Of a DNA stretch of 64,000 nt, positions 28,122-38,585 are shown in pieces; position 1 is the stretch's first letter, and each line of letters starts with the position of its first letter. The stretch is from Gemmatimonadota bacterium (GTDB lineage Bacteria > Gemmatimonadota > Gemmatimonadetes > Palauibacterales > Palauibacteraceae). A program made the position numbers and the translations under genes. The notes under the pieces were generated by a model that saw only the letters and a program-made list of their open reading frames with translations, did not search any database and had not been told where the DNA came from. The stretch spans positions 1,032-65,031 of the forward strand of contig JBDHGL010000013.1 in the NCBI GenBank assembly GCA_039589875.1. The letters run 5' to 3'.

Positions 28122-29234
28122 TTGATGCCCGGCCATCAGTCTCGAGGCGGCCCGACCCCCAATCCGGAGGACCCTCTGACTGCCAAGAAGATGCCCGAAA
28201 GCGACGGTCGAAGCGGAGCCGCTCTTCCGTTCACACTTCTCCTGCTGATCGCGTTCACGGTGCTCGCCGCGGCTGGCTTCCTGTTCGCTTTTTTGGATCT
28301 CCGAACGGCCGAGAATCAGGCGAGCGCCGTTCGTGCCTTTTACCGGGCGGAGGCCGGACTCAACCGGCACCGGGCCGAGAGCGTCGATGATACCGCCGGC
28401 ATCGTAACGAACCGGTACGACATCGATGGAGATACCGTTGTGGTCACGTCCAGCCGCCTTCTGAAGCTCGACCCGTTGCGCGAGCTCCGCCTGCTCCGAG
28501 CGGAAGCGGCGCACGACCCTCTGCGGGAAGGACCATCCAACCGAACCGTTTCTCAGGTCGCGATCACGCCCGTCCCGCTTCGTCCCCCAGCGGCACTGGT
28601 CTCTAGCAGATCGATCAATCTTGGACCTCGAGGCCGCGTCTCCGGAATCGGCGCGACGAACGCCGCCTGTACGGCGGCTCCGACAGCGGTAGCCGGGGTT
28701 GTTGCGCTGCCTGGCGGCTTCCAGGGAGACACGGCTTCCCTGCGTGGCCGCCCTCCTCTGCTGGAGGCCGCCAACATCGGTCCACTCCTGCTCGCCTCCG
28801 GACTCGACTGGCGTAACTTCGAGCGACCGGAGTTCGTCCAACCAGAGATCACGGTGACGTCCAACTGGCCACCTTCCATCGCCCCGGCCCCCGGCGATTG
28901 GCCGGTTCTCTACGCGGAGCCCACTGCACCTCCGATCGCGGGAACGGTTCTGGGCCGCGGTGCGTTGGTCGTGGCCGGCGACCTAGTGATCCCCGGCTCG
29001 CTTCGCTGGGAAGGTCTTGTCCTCGTCGCTGGGAGCGTGACGGTATCCGGAATCCTGGACGTGCGTGGAGCGCTCTATGCGGGCCTGGCTGCGTCGGGGG
29101 CCGGAGCCGGTAACCCGATGGACCTGGGAGGCGCGGTCACCGTCGTCTACGATGGCTGCGCTGCCGCCGAGGCGGCTGCCCGACTGTCGCGCGGCATCGT
29201 GAGCCGTCCGGGGGGCTGGTTCGAGGTGTTCTAG
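28122..29234 (+). CDS. Hypothetical protein with a PilX-like N-terminal (type IV pilus minor pilin) domain
   Basis: N-terminal TM helix then AxxAFYRAEAGL (PilX_N-like). Gly/Ala/Val-rich C-terminal beta region. The start may be an internal Met (about 28191). Confidence 0.5.
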   Translation: MMPGHQSRGGPTPNPEDPLTAKKMPESDGRSGAALPFTLLLLIAFTVLAAAGFLFAFLDLRTAENQASAVRAFYRAEAGLNRHRAESVDDTAGIVTNRYDIDGDTVVVTSSRLLKLDPLRELRLLRAEAAHDPLREGPSNRTVSQVAITPVPLRPPAALVSSRSINLGPRGRVSGIGATNAACTAAPTAVAGVVALPGGFQGDTASLRGRPPLLEAANIGPLLLASGLDWRNFERPEFVQPEITVTSNWPPSIAPAPGDWPVLYAEPTAPPIAGTVLGRGALVVAGDLVIPGSLRWEGLVLVAGSVTVSGILDVRGALYAGLAASGAGAGNPMDLGGAVTVVYDGCAAAEAAARLSRGIVSRPGGWFEVF

Positions 29235-30145
29235 TCGTCCGGCAGATGTTGGCGCAGGAGATCGAGGACCGCGGACGGGTTGTCGGCATTCAGCCAGTGC
29301 CCTCCCTCCACGAGGTGCAGGAAGACTGGTTCGTTCCGGCCGGCGGCCCGGATTCTCTCGGCCTCGGGCGCGGTCAGAACATTCGACCGGCTGGCTCGGA
29401 CGAAGTGGAGCGACACGCCCTCCGGAGGCCGCTCGACGACCGACCAGAGGTCGGTGCGGAAAAAGTCCTCCAGCAGGCCCTCCAAGGCGTCGAAATCGAG
29501 ACCCCAGACGAGGCCCTGTTCGGTTCGCCTCAGGTTTGCCGACATCCACTGGCCGACGCTATGGGCGAACCCCGCCTTCTCGAGATCATCTATAGCCCGA
29601 GCGCGCGATTCGAAGATCGGCGGCAGGGCTCGGACGGTTCGCAGCATCCGCTGCGGGTCGCCAGTCGGCACACGGGCGGCGGGGGTGGAGTCCATAATCC
29701 ACAGCTGTTGTGGGACCGGACCGCTGGACGCGGCCAGCTTGAGATAGGAGAGTGCCACCTTCCCGCCGAAAGAGTGGCCGAGCACCGCCGTGGGAACCAG
29801 ATCGGTGTCTCTGGCCAGGTCTTCCAGGTCCGCGGCGCATGCGGCCAGCGTGTGGGGGGGCACGAAAGCTGGAGATCGGCCATGCAGGCGAAGGTCGACT
29901 GCGACGGCCCCCCAGGGTGGGCGGGTCTCGCTGACCCGACGACCGATGCTCCGCCAGTTCCGCCCGGCTCCGAAGATGCCGTGCAGCAGATACATCCAGG
30001 GCCGGCCGGAGGGCGACGCTTCGCCCGCGGCCGGGATGACATCGTGGTGCAGCCGGGGTCGGCTCGACATCAGGGCTCGCTCCCGCAACCTTGTGGATCC
30101 ACGCAACATACCGAAGGAGCGCGAGAGTTTGAACACGACCTTCAC
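29231..30145 (-). CDS. Alpha/beta hydrolase fold protein
   Basis: HGIFGAGRNW oxyanion-hole region. Nucleophile elbow GHSFGG. C-terminal His (EGGHWLN). The real start is probably the internal Met near 30070. Confidence 0.75.
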   Translation of the reverse strand: MKVVFKLSRSFGMLRGSTRLRERALMSSRPRLHHDVIPAAGEASPSGRPWMYLLHGIFGAGRNWRSIGRRVSETRPPWGAVAVDLRLHGRSPAFVPPHTLAACAADLEDLARDTDLVPTAVLGHSFGGKVALSYLKLAASSGPVPQQLWIMDSTPAARVPTGDPQRMLRTVRALPPIFESRARAIDDLEKAGFAHSVGQWMSANLRRTEQGLVWGLDFDALEGLLEDFFRTDLWSVVERPPEGVSLHFVRASRSNVLTAPEAERIRAAGRNEPVFLHLVEGGHWLNADNPSAVLDLLRQHLPDD

Positions 30146-31181
30146 GCTGCGCCGGTTCGAGCCGGCATGGTGGCTCCCGGGACCGCATGCCCAGACGATC
30201 CTCGGGAGGGTTTTGAGGATGCGGCGGAACCGTCGGAAGGTGACGTACGTGCGCGAGCGCTTCCGTACGCCCGACGGAGATTTTCTGGATGTCGACTTCA
30301 GCCGGCCCGCGGCGAATCGGTCAAGGACGCCGCCGATCGTCGTTCTCCTACACGGATTGGAGGGCTGCTCGGACTCCGGCTACATGATGGAGGCCGCGCG
30401 CTTGTGCACCGAGGCCGGCTTGCAGGCGGCCGCTCTCAACTTCCGCGGTCGAAGCGGCGCGCCGAACCGGAACTCGCGAGCCTACCATGCCGGTGAGACC
30501 GGGGACCTCGGCTTCCTGGTAGATTCGCTGGCCGAACGGGCACCGGGAGTCCCCCTCGCCGCAATCGGCTTCTCCCTCGGAGGCAACGTTCTGTTGAAGT
30601 ACCTGGGTGAGAGGGGTCGGGATGGAAAGCCCGGCAGGCTGGAGGCGGCGGTCGCGGTCTCGGCGCCGTTCGACCTGGCCGCCTCCACGGGCCGCATGGA
30701 ACGTGGCATGGGGAAGGTCTACACGCGGTATTTTCTTCAGTCGCTGCGCGATGGCGTGCGCGCGAAGGCGGCCATCGGCCCGCTCGGCTATGCCATGACG
30801 GCGGCATTGGACGCACGGACCCTGAGAGAGTTCGACGAGGCCGTGACCGCGCCGCTGCACGGCTTCCGGGATGCAGCCGACTATTACGAACGGTCCAGCT
30901 CGATCCGCTACCTCGACTCCATCCGGGTTCCGACCCTCGTGATCCAGGCGAGGGACGACCCGTTTCACCCTTTTGCCTCGGACCACGAGAGCACGCTGGC
31001 GGCCAACCCGTGGTTGCACGACGGCTGGGTGGAACGCGGCGGACACATGGGCTTCGTGGAGGGAGCGGGACCGTGGGCTACGCGCTTCTGGGCAGAGGCC
31101 GAGACGGTTAGGTTTATCGCCTCGATACTAGACAGGAACCGTGCAGATGCGCGGCAAGATGATATGGCAATACGGAGGTGA
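30131..31181 (+). CDS. YheT-type alpha/beta hydrolase (abhydrolase_1, BAAT/esterase-like)
   Basis: TTG start preceded by AAGGAG. WWLPGPHAQT N-terminus typical of YheT. GFSLGGN nucleophile. The 5' end overlaps the divergent hydrolase gene on the other strand. Confidence 0.8.
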
Positions 31182-31187
31182 TGGCGG

Positions 31188-32252
31188 ATGATGAACGGGA
31201 CACAGGAACTCCTACAGAACTGGAGCGGTCTGGGAGTTGTCCAGGCATTCGATCAAGAGACCGGAACCTGGTTCTTTATCGCGCTGCACGACGCGAGTCG
31301 TGGGACGATGGTGGGCGGCTGCCGGATGAACGTCTACGAGGCCCCTGAGGACGGGATGCGCGACGCCATGCGCCTGGCCGAGGGGATGACCTACAAGTGG
31401 GCCGCGATCGATTTCCCGTTTGGTGGCGGCAAGTCCGTCCTCGCCATTCCGCGACCGTTCGACGGGGAGGAGCGGCGCGAGCTCATCCGCCGCTTCGGGC
31501 GGCTGCTGGAATCGCTCGGCGGCGCCTACGCGACGGGAGTCGATCTCGGAACGACGCCCGAGGACATGGACGTCCTGGCGGGCGCTTCGCGGTTCGTCAT
31601 GGGGCATGGCGCACAGGGCTCGGGGACGGAGGATCCGGGGCCGTATACGGCCCTCGGCGTGTACGCCGGGATCCGGTCCGCTCTCAAGGCCGTCGATGGC
31701 AGCCCGGAACCGGCCGGGAAGACCGTCCTCATCCAAGGGGCAGGCGATGTCGGAGAGCCCCTGGCCCGGATGCTCGCCAAAGCCGGAGCGACGGTGCTCA
31801 TCTCGGACGTGAACTCGGAGAGAGCGGAGAGGCTGGCCGAGGAGCTCGGAGGCCGGATGGTGCCCGTCGGGGAAACGTACACGACGCCCTGCGACGTATT
31901 CGCGCCGTGCGCGATCGGGGCCATCCTCAACTCTGAGACGATACCGGTCCTCGGCTGCCGGATCGTGGCCGGCTCGGCCAACAACCAGCTCGAGCGTCCG
32001 GAGGACGCCGACGCCCTGCACGAGCGAGGGATCCTCTATGCCCCGGATTACGTCGTGAACGCGGGCGGCGCGATCGCCTTCGGCATGATGCACTTCGGAG
32101 AAACGGGAAGAGAGGCCCTCGAGGAGCGCGTCCTCGGCATCGAGAGCGCTCTGGACCGGATCTTCGCCGAGGCCCGGGAGCGCGACGAGTCCCCGGCATA
32201 CGGGGCCCGCCGGGTGGCGCAGGCAGCTCTGAGCGGGGCACGGGAAGGCTAG
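31188..32252 (+). CDS. Glu/Leu/Phe/Val dehydrogenase family (leucine/phenylalanine dehydrogenase-like)
   Basis: Catalytic FGGGK motif (IDFPFGGGKSVL). Rossmann GAGDVG. Begins 7 nt after the YheT-like gene. Confidence 0.9.
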   Translation: MMNGTQELLQNWSGLGVVQAFDQETGTWFFIALHDASRGTMVGGCRMNVYEAPEDGMRDAMRLAEGMTYKWAAIDFPFGGGKSVLAIPRPFDGEERRELIRRFGRLLESLGGAYATGVDLGTTPEDMDVLAGASRFVMGHGAQGSGTEDPGPYTALGVYAGIRSALKAVDGSPEPAGKTVLIQGAGDVGEPLARMLAKAGATVLISDVNSERAERLAEELGGRMVPVGETYTTPCDVFAPCAIGAILNSETIPVLGCRIVAGSANNQLERPEDADALHERGILYAPDYVVNAGGAIAFGMMHFGETGREALEERVLGIESALDRIFAEARERDESPAYGARRVAQAALSGAREG

Positions 32253-32325
32253 GCGCTACTCCGCGACCGATGGGAAACCTCCGCAGGAGGCCTCCCGGTC
32301 GGATTGCTCGCCGTGACAAAGAAAA

Positions 32326-32353
32326 GGCCGGTGGCTCGAACGAGCCACCGGCC
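32326..32353. terminator. Hairpin terminator between convergent leuDH-like (+) and susD-like (-) genes
   Basis: GGCCGGTGGCTCG-AA-CGAGCCACCGGCC with a T-rich tract on the minus strand (TTTTCTTTGTC). Confidence 0.55.
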
Positions 32354-32381
32354 TTCCTACATCCGGCTTGATCGCCTGGGA

Positions 32382-33845
32382 TCAGCCTCGTGCGCTCACC
32401 TCATCCTGCGGGATCGGATAACGCGCGTTGACCTGGAATGTGGCTTGGTCGAGCGGAAGGATGTCCAGCATGTTGTACCGCCGCAGGTCGATCCAGCGGT
32501 GGCCACCCTCCCAGAGCAGCGAGAACTGCTTCTCGTAGAGAAGCCGCTCGAGCGCGTTGCCCGCCGTCAGCGTGACCGGCGCCAGGCCTCCGGAGTTGGT
32601 GCGGACGAAGTTGATGTCCGTCTCCGCTGCGCCGAGGTTCCCGAGCCCGATGTTCGCCTCGGCCCGCAGGAGGATCAGCTCCTCGTTCTTTATGATCGGA
32701 ATCGGTGCGGTCGTGCTGCTGTACTGCGTGTAGCCGATGTCGCACTCCTGCCTGGCGAACTCGATGCCCGGCACGAGGTCCTTGAAGCGCGGATCCGGTG
32801 GCCACCCAGGAGTGGACTCCGGGACGCCGGCACAGATCGGGGGACCGCCGAACGGGATGTTGTTGATCACGCGCGTCTTCGCCGAGAACCGGTCGTCCGG
32901 CGAGCCGTCCGCCTTCAGCTCCACATCCTGCTTCAGCACGGGGTGTGCCTTCAGCCGTGGGCCGTCGGACGGATCGAACAGGCCGTTCAGCAGGTCGCCC
33001 GACAGGGACGAGAAGGCGTGCCATACGCCGAACCCCATCGGCAGACTCGTGTCCAGGAAAGACTCCGAGAGCGCCTGAAGGGCCGTGCTGTAGTCTCCTC
33101 GATAAACGGCCACCCTCGCACGGACGGCCCGGTTGAACCGCCGGAAGTTGTCCGCGTCGTTGAAGAAGGCCAGGCCGCTGCCGGGGATCCCGTCGAAGCC
33201 GCTCGGCACCGAGAACGGCGCCGCTCCATCGGCCGCCGACAGGTGGGCCGCGCCCTCATCCAGCAGCTGGATCATCCTTGCATACACCTGATCCACACTG
33301 ACCTGCGGCGCCGGGTCGTCAACCGCTTCCGGCAGAGTGATTGGGCAACCACAGTTGGTGTCCCGGGTCACGGCGATCGCCAGAAAGTCGAGCGCGATGA
33401 TCGTCTTCACCCAACCCCGCGTCCACTCCTTGTCGCTCTGCGAGTAGAGCGCGTCGTCGATCGCGTTCAGCGCGTCGAGCGTGATCTGGCCGAGCCGGAT
33501 GTTCTGGTACGGATCGTTCCAGAAGTTCCCGCCGAAGGCGGGGCTGGAGGGCTGCAGGTCGCCGCCCAACATCTCGGTCACGAACCGAGGATCCGCGATG
33601 TCGTTGTTGTAGGATTCCCGCCCGAGGATGCCCAGCATCGACAGGTAGTCGTTCGGGCTGAACCAGTACACCCGGTTGCCGAACAATACACCCAGCGCGG
33701 CCGTGTTCACCGACGAGGGGGTGGGGTCGTTGATAAGCTCATCCAGGTCGCCGGCGTTGAAGTTCGGCGACGTCAGGTTTTTGCATGCCGGAGCTCCGAG
33801 CAGCAATGCGCCCAGGAGCACCGAAAAACAGATCTTTCTCGTCAT
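32382..33845 (-). CDS. SusD/RagB family nutrient-binding outer-membrane lipoprotein
   Basis: Lipoprotein signal MTRKICFSVLLGALLLGAPAC. SusD-like TPR architecture. Immediately downstream of the SusC-like gene. Confidence 0.85.
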   Translation of the reverse strand: MTRKICFSVLLGALLLGAPACKNLTSPNFNAGDLDELINDPTPSSVNTAALGVLFGNRVYWFSPNDYLSMLGILGRESYNNDIADPRFVTEMLGGDLQPSSPAFGGNFWNDPYQNIRLGQITLDALNAIDDALYSQSDKEWTRGWVKTIIALDFLAIAVTRDTNCGCPITLPEAVDDPAPQVSVDQVYARMIQLLDEGAAHLSAADGAAPFSVPSGFDGIPGSGLAFFNDADNFRRFNRAVRARVAVYRGDYSTALQALSESFLDTSLPMGFGVWHAFSSLSGDLLNGLFDPSDGPRLKAHPVLKQDVELKADGSPDDRFSAKTRVINNIPFGGPPICAGVPESTPGWPPDPRFKDLVPGIEFARQECDIGYTQYSSTTAPIPIIKNEELILLRAEANIGLGNLGAAETDINFVRTNSGGLAPVTLTAGNALERLLYEKQFSLLWEGGHRWIDLRRYNMLDILPLDQATFQVNARYPIPQDEVSARG

Positions 33846-33897
33846 GGTATCGTATCCCATTCTCGAGTCTCGTCTACGGTAACTCATCGGACGCTGC

Positions 33898-36800
33898 CTA
33901 AAACGTCATGTCGAAGCCGGCCCAGAAGCTCCGGCTCGGTGGGAAGGGCGCCACGTCGATGCTCCGCCCGACTGCCTGATTCCCGAAGTTGCTCACCTCC
34001 GGATCGAGGCCGCGGTAGTTGGTCACCGTCCACAGGTTCCGGCCGGCGATCCGCAGGCGGATCAGCTTGAAAGTGTCCGATCGGAAGGGCAGGTCCCACG
34101 TGAGGGCCAGCTCCCGCACCTTCATGAAGCCCGAGGGCTGCGTGTAGGGGAGCGCGTTCCCGTTACTCCACTCCGTGAGCCGCTCCGTGCCGTTGCAGTC
34201 CGGGTAGCACTCGTCGATCGGGCGTAGGGGCTCGCCGACACCGTCGTCGGGCGAGTTGGCTCCGAAGTCGTACAGGAGCTCGGTGAGGTTGACGATCGTC
34301 TGGCCCTGCCGCCACTCGAGCAGCGAGAAGATGTTCACGTTGTTCATGATCGTGAAGTCGTTCGTGAACGCCATCACGAAATCAGGGTTCGAGTTGCCGA
34401 ACCGGGCCAGTCCAGCATCGGTACGGCACCGGGGGAACGGATCCCCGAGACCGTTGCAGGCCGGATCCGTCGCGACCATCTGGGTGAGGGAGGATCCCTC
34501 CTCGACGTAGAAGCCACCCAGGAAGAGGCCGAAGCCCGCGTCCGCCTCGAACGGCGGAACCGAGAGCTCGGTGATCTGCGTCCGGTTGAAGAAATACGTC
34601 GTCCGCGACACCCAGGTGAACGACGAGCCGACGAACGGGGTGAGGCCGAGGGTCGTCTCGAAGCCGTAGTTCTTCATCTTCCCGCCGTTGAACACCTGTG
34701 AAGTGAAGCCGGTCGACGGGGCGGTCGTCTGATCGATGATCAGGTCGGTAATGTTCTGGTAGTAACCGGTCAGCTCGAGAGTGAACCGTCCGCCCCAACC
34801 CGTGAGGTCGGCGCCGCCTTCGAACTCGGCGGTGCGCTCAGGCTGCAGGTTCGGGTCGCCCACCTGGCCGAGGATCTGGAAGCCGGCGAACCCCTCGATG
34901 TTCTTGTCGAGCTCGAGGCTGGTGAACTTCTGGCATCCGTCCAGAACCGTGCACTGCGGCCGGTTACCCGACTGACCGTAGGCCACGCGCACCTTCACCT
35001 CGTTGATCGCATCGCCGAGGTCCGGGAAGCGGTAGGAGGCATACCCCTTCGGGTACATGAAGAGCTTGGTCGTGTTGCCGTTCGCGCTGCTCTGGTCCCA
35101 GCGAAGGCTACCGCCGATGAGCAGCTTGTCGTTGACGGCCAGGAGCTCCTCCTGAATGTAGAAGCCGAAGTCCTGGATCTGGTTCTCGCTCTCCCGGATC
35201 TGCACCTGCGTCGCGGCGTCCGCCTTGTTCTTACCGGCGGTGAGGCTCTGGCCGATGAGCCGGTCGATCTTCGTGTTCACCGTCTCGTAGCCGACCCCTA
35301 CCGCACTGGTGAGCCGCATGCCCGTGTCGATCTGCCAGTCCCAGACGCCGCTCGCGTTGACGTTGATGTTCCGGTTCGCCGAGTTGCCCTGAACCACCGT
35401 GCCCGGCAGTCCGTCCGTCGGCTCCCAGAAGATCTCGGGAGGCGAGTAGATCCGGTTGTCCTGTTGGAAGTAGTCGATTCCGAGAGGCGCGACGATCTGG
35501 AACGTGTGCTTCTCGTTCTGGACGAGGCGCCAGTCGATGTTGGTCGAGAAGATGTAGCGCCACACGTTCTCGTCGTTCTCGAGCAGCGCCGCCGTCTGCA
35601 GCGGGTTGCTCAGGTTGCCCTGGAAGATCGCCTCCGGGTAGCTCCCGTCCGGGTTCTGCGAGAGGTCGAAGAAGCTGGGCGAGAACGGAAAGACCATGTA
35701 GTAGCTGACGTTGTTGTTGTCGTTGTTCGTCAGCCCGCGGCGCGCCCGCGTGTGGAGCACGTTGGCGTTGAACGCGATGTCGAAGTTGCCGAACGTCGGA
35801 GTCAGGTTCGCCCTCGCCGACTGACGCGCGAACCCCGTGTTGTCGATGATCCCCTGATCATCCCGCCAGAGGAGCGACCCGAAGTAGGCGAAGCTCTGTG
35901 GATCGCCACCCGTGACGCTCAGGTTGGCCTGGTAAGAGAAGTCCCGGCGGTGCGCCAGCGCCTCTTCGTTGTCGAAGAAGGGACATGGCGAGGAGGGGCA
36001 GAACTCCGCCGCCTGCGGGCCCCATGCGGCCACGGCCTCGGCCTGGTCCCCGAAGGAGCGCGCCCCGAACGTGTTCGAGAGGCTGTACGCCCCGCCGATG
36101 AAGCCGAGCCTCAGGTCGGACGTTCCCGTGCCGCCCCGCCGGGTCGTGATCACGACCACGCCGTTGGCCGCCTTGGCGCCGTAGATCGCCGCCGCCGAAG
36201 CGCCCTTCAGGACCTCGATCGTCTCGATGTCCTCGGGGTTCAGGTCGGCGATTCGGTTCACCTGGTTGTCCTGCTCGAGCGACGGGTTGGAACCGCCGGC
36301 CGCCGCGCTGAGCACGTTCTGGTCCGACGGTATCGACACGTTGCTCGCGATCACACCGTCGATCACATACAGCGGAGCGGAGGCCGCGGTGATCGATGAA
36401 GGTCCGCGGATCTCGAGCTGCAGGCCGCCGCCCGGCGCCCCGCCGTTCGCCGAGATGACCGCGCCGCTCACGCGGCCTGCGATCGCCCGATCGATGGTTT
36501 GGTTAGGCACCTGCTGGATCTCGGTGCCGTCGACCGTGCCGATCGAGTTCGGCAGGTTCCTACGGCGCGTCTCGGTGGCTCGTCCCGTCACCACCAGCTC
36601 TTCCACCCTCAGGTAGTCGACGGTGAGGGCGACGTCCACGACGACCGTCCCGGGTTCCACGTTCGTGCTGCTCGTCCGATACCCGATCCGCTGGACATTG
36701 AGCGTGAACGGAACGCCGGCCGGCACGTCAAGCGTATACCGCCCGTCCTCGTCTCCCACCGTCCCGACCGTAGTGGCAGCGCCAGCCCGATCCGGGGCTG

Positions 36801-36954
36801 CCGATCCTGCGACCGAGACTTGCGGGAAGGAGATCGCCTCGCCCGTCACATCGTCCGTAACCTGCCCGGTGATGGTTCTCACCTGTTGTTGGGCACTTCC
36901 GGTCGCTGCGAAGACGAGGAGGAATAGGGTGGTGAGCAAACTGAGTTTCCTCAT
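33898..36954 (-). CDS. SusC/RagA family TonB-dependent outer-membrane transporter
   Basis: Start ATG 36952..36954 (MRKLSLLTTLFLLVFAATGSAQQ). Carboxypeptidase-regulatory-like N-domain. Plug (VTGRATETRRRNLPNSIGTVD…YVIDGV) and a long beta-barrel ending in the C-terminal Phe typical of outer-membrane proteins. Confidence 0.9.
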   Translation of the reverse strand: MRKLSLLTTLFLLVFAATGSAQQQVRTITGQVTDDVTGEAISFPQVSVAGSAAPDRAGAATTVGTVGDEDGRYTLDVPAGVPFTLNVQRIGYRTSSTNVEPGTVVVDVALTVDYLRVEELVVTGRATETRRRNLPNSIGTVDGTEIQQVPNQTIDRAIAGRVSGAVISANGGAPGGGLQLEIRGPSSITAASAPLYVIDGVIASNVSIPSDQNVLSAAAGGSNPSLEQDNQVNRIADLNPEDIETIEVLKGASAAAIYGAKAANGVVVITTRRGGTGTSDLRLGFIGGAYSLSNTFGARSFGDQAEAVAAWGPQAAEFCPSSPCPFFDNEEALAHRRDFSYQANLSVTGGDPQSFAYFGSLLWRDDQGIIDNTGFARQSARANLTPTFGNFDIAFNANVLHTRARRGLTNNDNNNVSYYMVFPFSPSFFDLSQNPDGSYPEAIFQGNLSNPLQTAALLENDENVWRYIFSTNIDWRLVQNEKHTFQIVAPLGIDYFQQDNRIYSPPEIFWEPTDGLPGTVVQGNSANRNINVNASGVWDWQIDTGMRLTSAVGVGYETVNTKIDRLIGQSLTAGKNKADAATQVQIRESENQIQDFGFYIQEELLAVNDKLLIGGSLRWDQSSANGNTTKLFMYPKGYASYRFPDLGDAINEVKVRVAYGQSGNRPQCTVLDGCQKFTSLELDKNIEGFAGFQILGQVGDPNLQPERTAEFEGGADLTGWGGRFTLELTGYYQNITDLIIDQTTAPSTGFTSQVFNGGKMKNYGFETTLGLTPFVGSSFTWVSRTTYFFNRTQITELSVPPFEADAGFGLFLGGFYVEEGSSLTQMVATDPACNGLGDPFPRCRTDAGLARFGNSNPDFVMAFTNDFTIMNNVNIFSLLEWRQGQTIVNLTELLYDFGANSPDDGVGEPLRPIDECYPDCNGTERLTEWSNGNALPYTQPSGFMKVRELALTWDLPFRSDTFKLIRLRIAGRNLWTVTNYRGLDPEVSNFGNQAVGRSIDVAPFPPSRSFWAGFDMTF

Positions 36955-37335
36955 GGGGCCCCTCCCAAACCGCGAAGTGAATTTCATGGATTCCCATCCA
37001 CCTCCGAAAGCGGCAGCCGTTCGCGGTCTCCCGGCGCTCCGCTCCCCCAAAAAAGCCACAAAATCCTGCATGCGTAGGGATACGTTTGTCAACCAACGCG
37101 TACGCATGGAAGCCAGGGCTCCCGGCGCAAAGGGCTGACAAAACTCCCCACGTCATTTTACGCCCGAAGAACGGATGCCCGGCGTGAATCGTGACGATCG
37201 CCCGGGCCGCCCTCGGTCTCCGCCCGGCACCTGCCCCCTCGGTGCTGGGTAGTCTCAGCGTATGAAGCCGTGCGGAGCCACAGAAGAGATTCCGCGCAAG
37301 GCTATCCACAGCAACTTTTTAAGCTACTTTATACA

Positions 37336-38523
37336 ATGACGACATCGGTGACCACGTCACGAGAAAGAGCGGCACTCTGGCTACCAGCCATCGGCCTGAT
37401 CCTCTCGGGATGTTCGTCGGACTCCGGAACCGGCCCTCCAGCTCCGCCCCCAGGTGGGTTCGACCTGGCGGTCGAGACGATCGCATCGGGCCTGACCCGT
37501 CCACTCTACCTGACGTCGCCGGCGGACGACGATCGGCTGTTCGTCGTCGAACAGGCCGGCCGGATCCGGATCGTGCGCGAAGGGACCGCGGATCCACAGC
37601 CGTTCCTCGATATCCGGTCTCTCGTGACGAGCACCGTCGAGCGCGGACTTTTAAGCATAGCGTTCCATCCCGGGTACACGAGCAACGGCCTGTTCTACGT
37701 CAGTTACACGGACAACGGCGGTGACACGCGGATCGAGAGATACTCGGCGAGCACCGATCCGGACGTCGCGGATCCGGCGTCCGCCAAGTTGATCCTGGAG
37801 CTGGAGCAGCCGCGCGCGAACCACAACGGCGGACATATACTCTTCGGCCCCGATGGCATGCTCTACGTCGCGCTCGGCGACGGGGGAGGCGCCGGCGATC
37901 CGCTGGAGAGCGGGCAGGACGCGAGCACCCTGCTGGGCTCGCTTCTCCGACTGGATGTCGACGGCGGCGATCCGTTCGCCATCCCGCCGGACAACCCCTT
38001 CGTCGGCGGGCCGGGCCGCGACGAGATCTGGGCCTTCGGGCTCAGAAACCCGTGGCGTATCGCATTCGACCCCCCGACCGGCCTCTTCTATATCGCGGAC
38101 GTCGGTCAGACAGCCTTCGAAGAGGTCAACGTGGTCGACGATGACGAAGCCGGCCTCAACTTCGGCTGGAACATCATGGAGGGGGCACACTGCTTCCCGG
38201 ACGGCCCGCAGGGCGCGAGCTGTGATGAAGCCGGCCTCGTGCTTCCCGTGCTGGAGTACGGACACGACGAAGGCTGCGCGGTGACCGGTGGCCTGGTCTA
38301 CCGGGGAAGCGACCTACCAGAGATCTCGGGACACTACTTCTATTCGGACTTCTGCGCCGGCTTCCTGCGGAGCTTTACGTTCGACGGGGGCTCGGCTACG
38401 GATCTCACGGAATGGGATGTCGGAGACCTCGCCGATGTTCTCTCCTTCGGGCAGGATTCACGAGGCGAGCTCTACATCCTCTCGGCTAGCGGACAGGTCC
38501 TGAAGATCGTACGCGGCTCCTAG
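37336..38523 (+). CDS. PQQ-dependent soluble sugar dehydrogenase (YliI/GSDH family) lipoprotein
   Basis: Lipobox LSGC. GSDH beta-propeller motifs (NHNGGHILFGPDGMLYVALGDGG, FGLRNPWRIAFDP, FGWNIMEG). Confidence 0.85.
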   Translation: MTTSVTTSRERAALWLPAIGLILSGCSSDSGTGPPAPPPGGFDLAVETIASGLTRPLYLTSPADDDRLFVVEQAGRIRIVREGTADPQPFLDIRSLVTSTVERGLLSIAFHPGYTSNGLFYVSYTDNGGDTRIERYSASTDPDVADPASAKLILELEQPRANHNGGHILFGPDGMLYVALGDGGGAGDPLESGQDASTLLGSLLRLDVDGGDPFAIPPDNPFVGGPGRDEIWAFGLRNPWRIAFDPPTGLFYIADVGQTAFEEVNVVDDDEAGLNFGWNIMEGAHCFPDGPQGASCDEAGLVLPVLEYGHDEGCAVTGGLVYRGSDLPEISGHYFYSDFCAGFLRSFTFDGGSATDLTEWDVGDLADVLSFGQDSRGELYILSASGQVLKIVRGS

Positions 38524-38585
38524 GTTCGCCTTTAACGAAGCGGCGCGGCCTCTCGTCCTTAGATACAGAACGGACGAAAAGAGGG

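Noticed and set aside
32304-34070. 588-aa plus-strand ORF over the SusD gene
   Set aside because: Antisense to the SusD-like gene, whose lipoprotein signal and family features are clear. The product is Arg/Val/Asp-rich noise.
35464-36399. 311-aa plus-strand ORF inside the SusC gene
   Set aside because: Antisense to the TonB-dependent transporter, with low-complexity Arg/Val/Glu composition.
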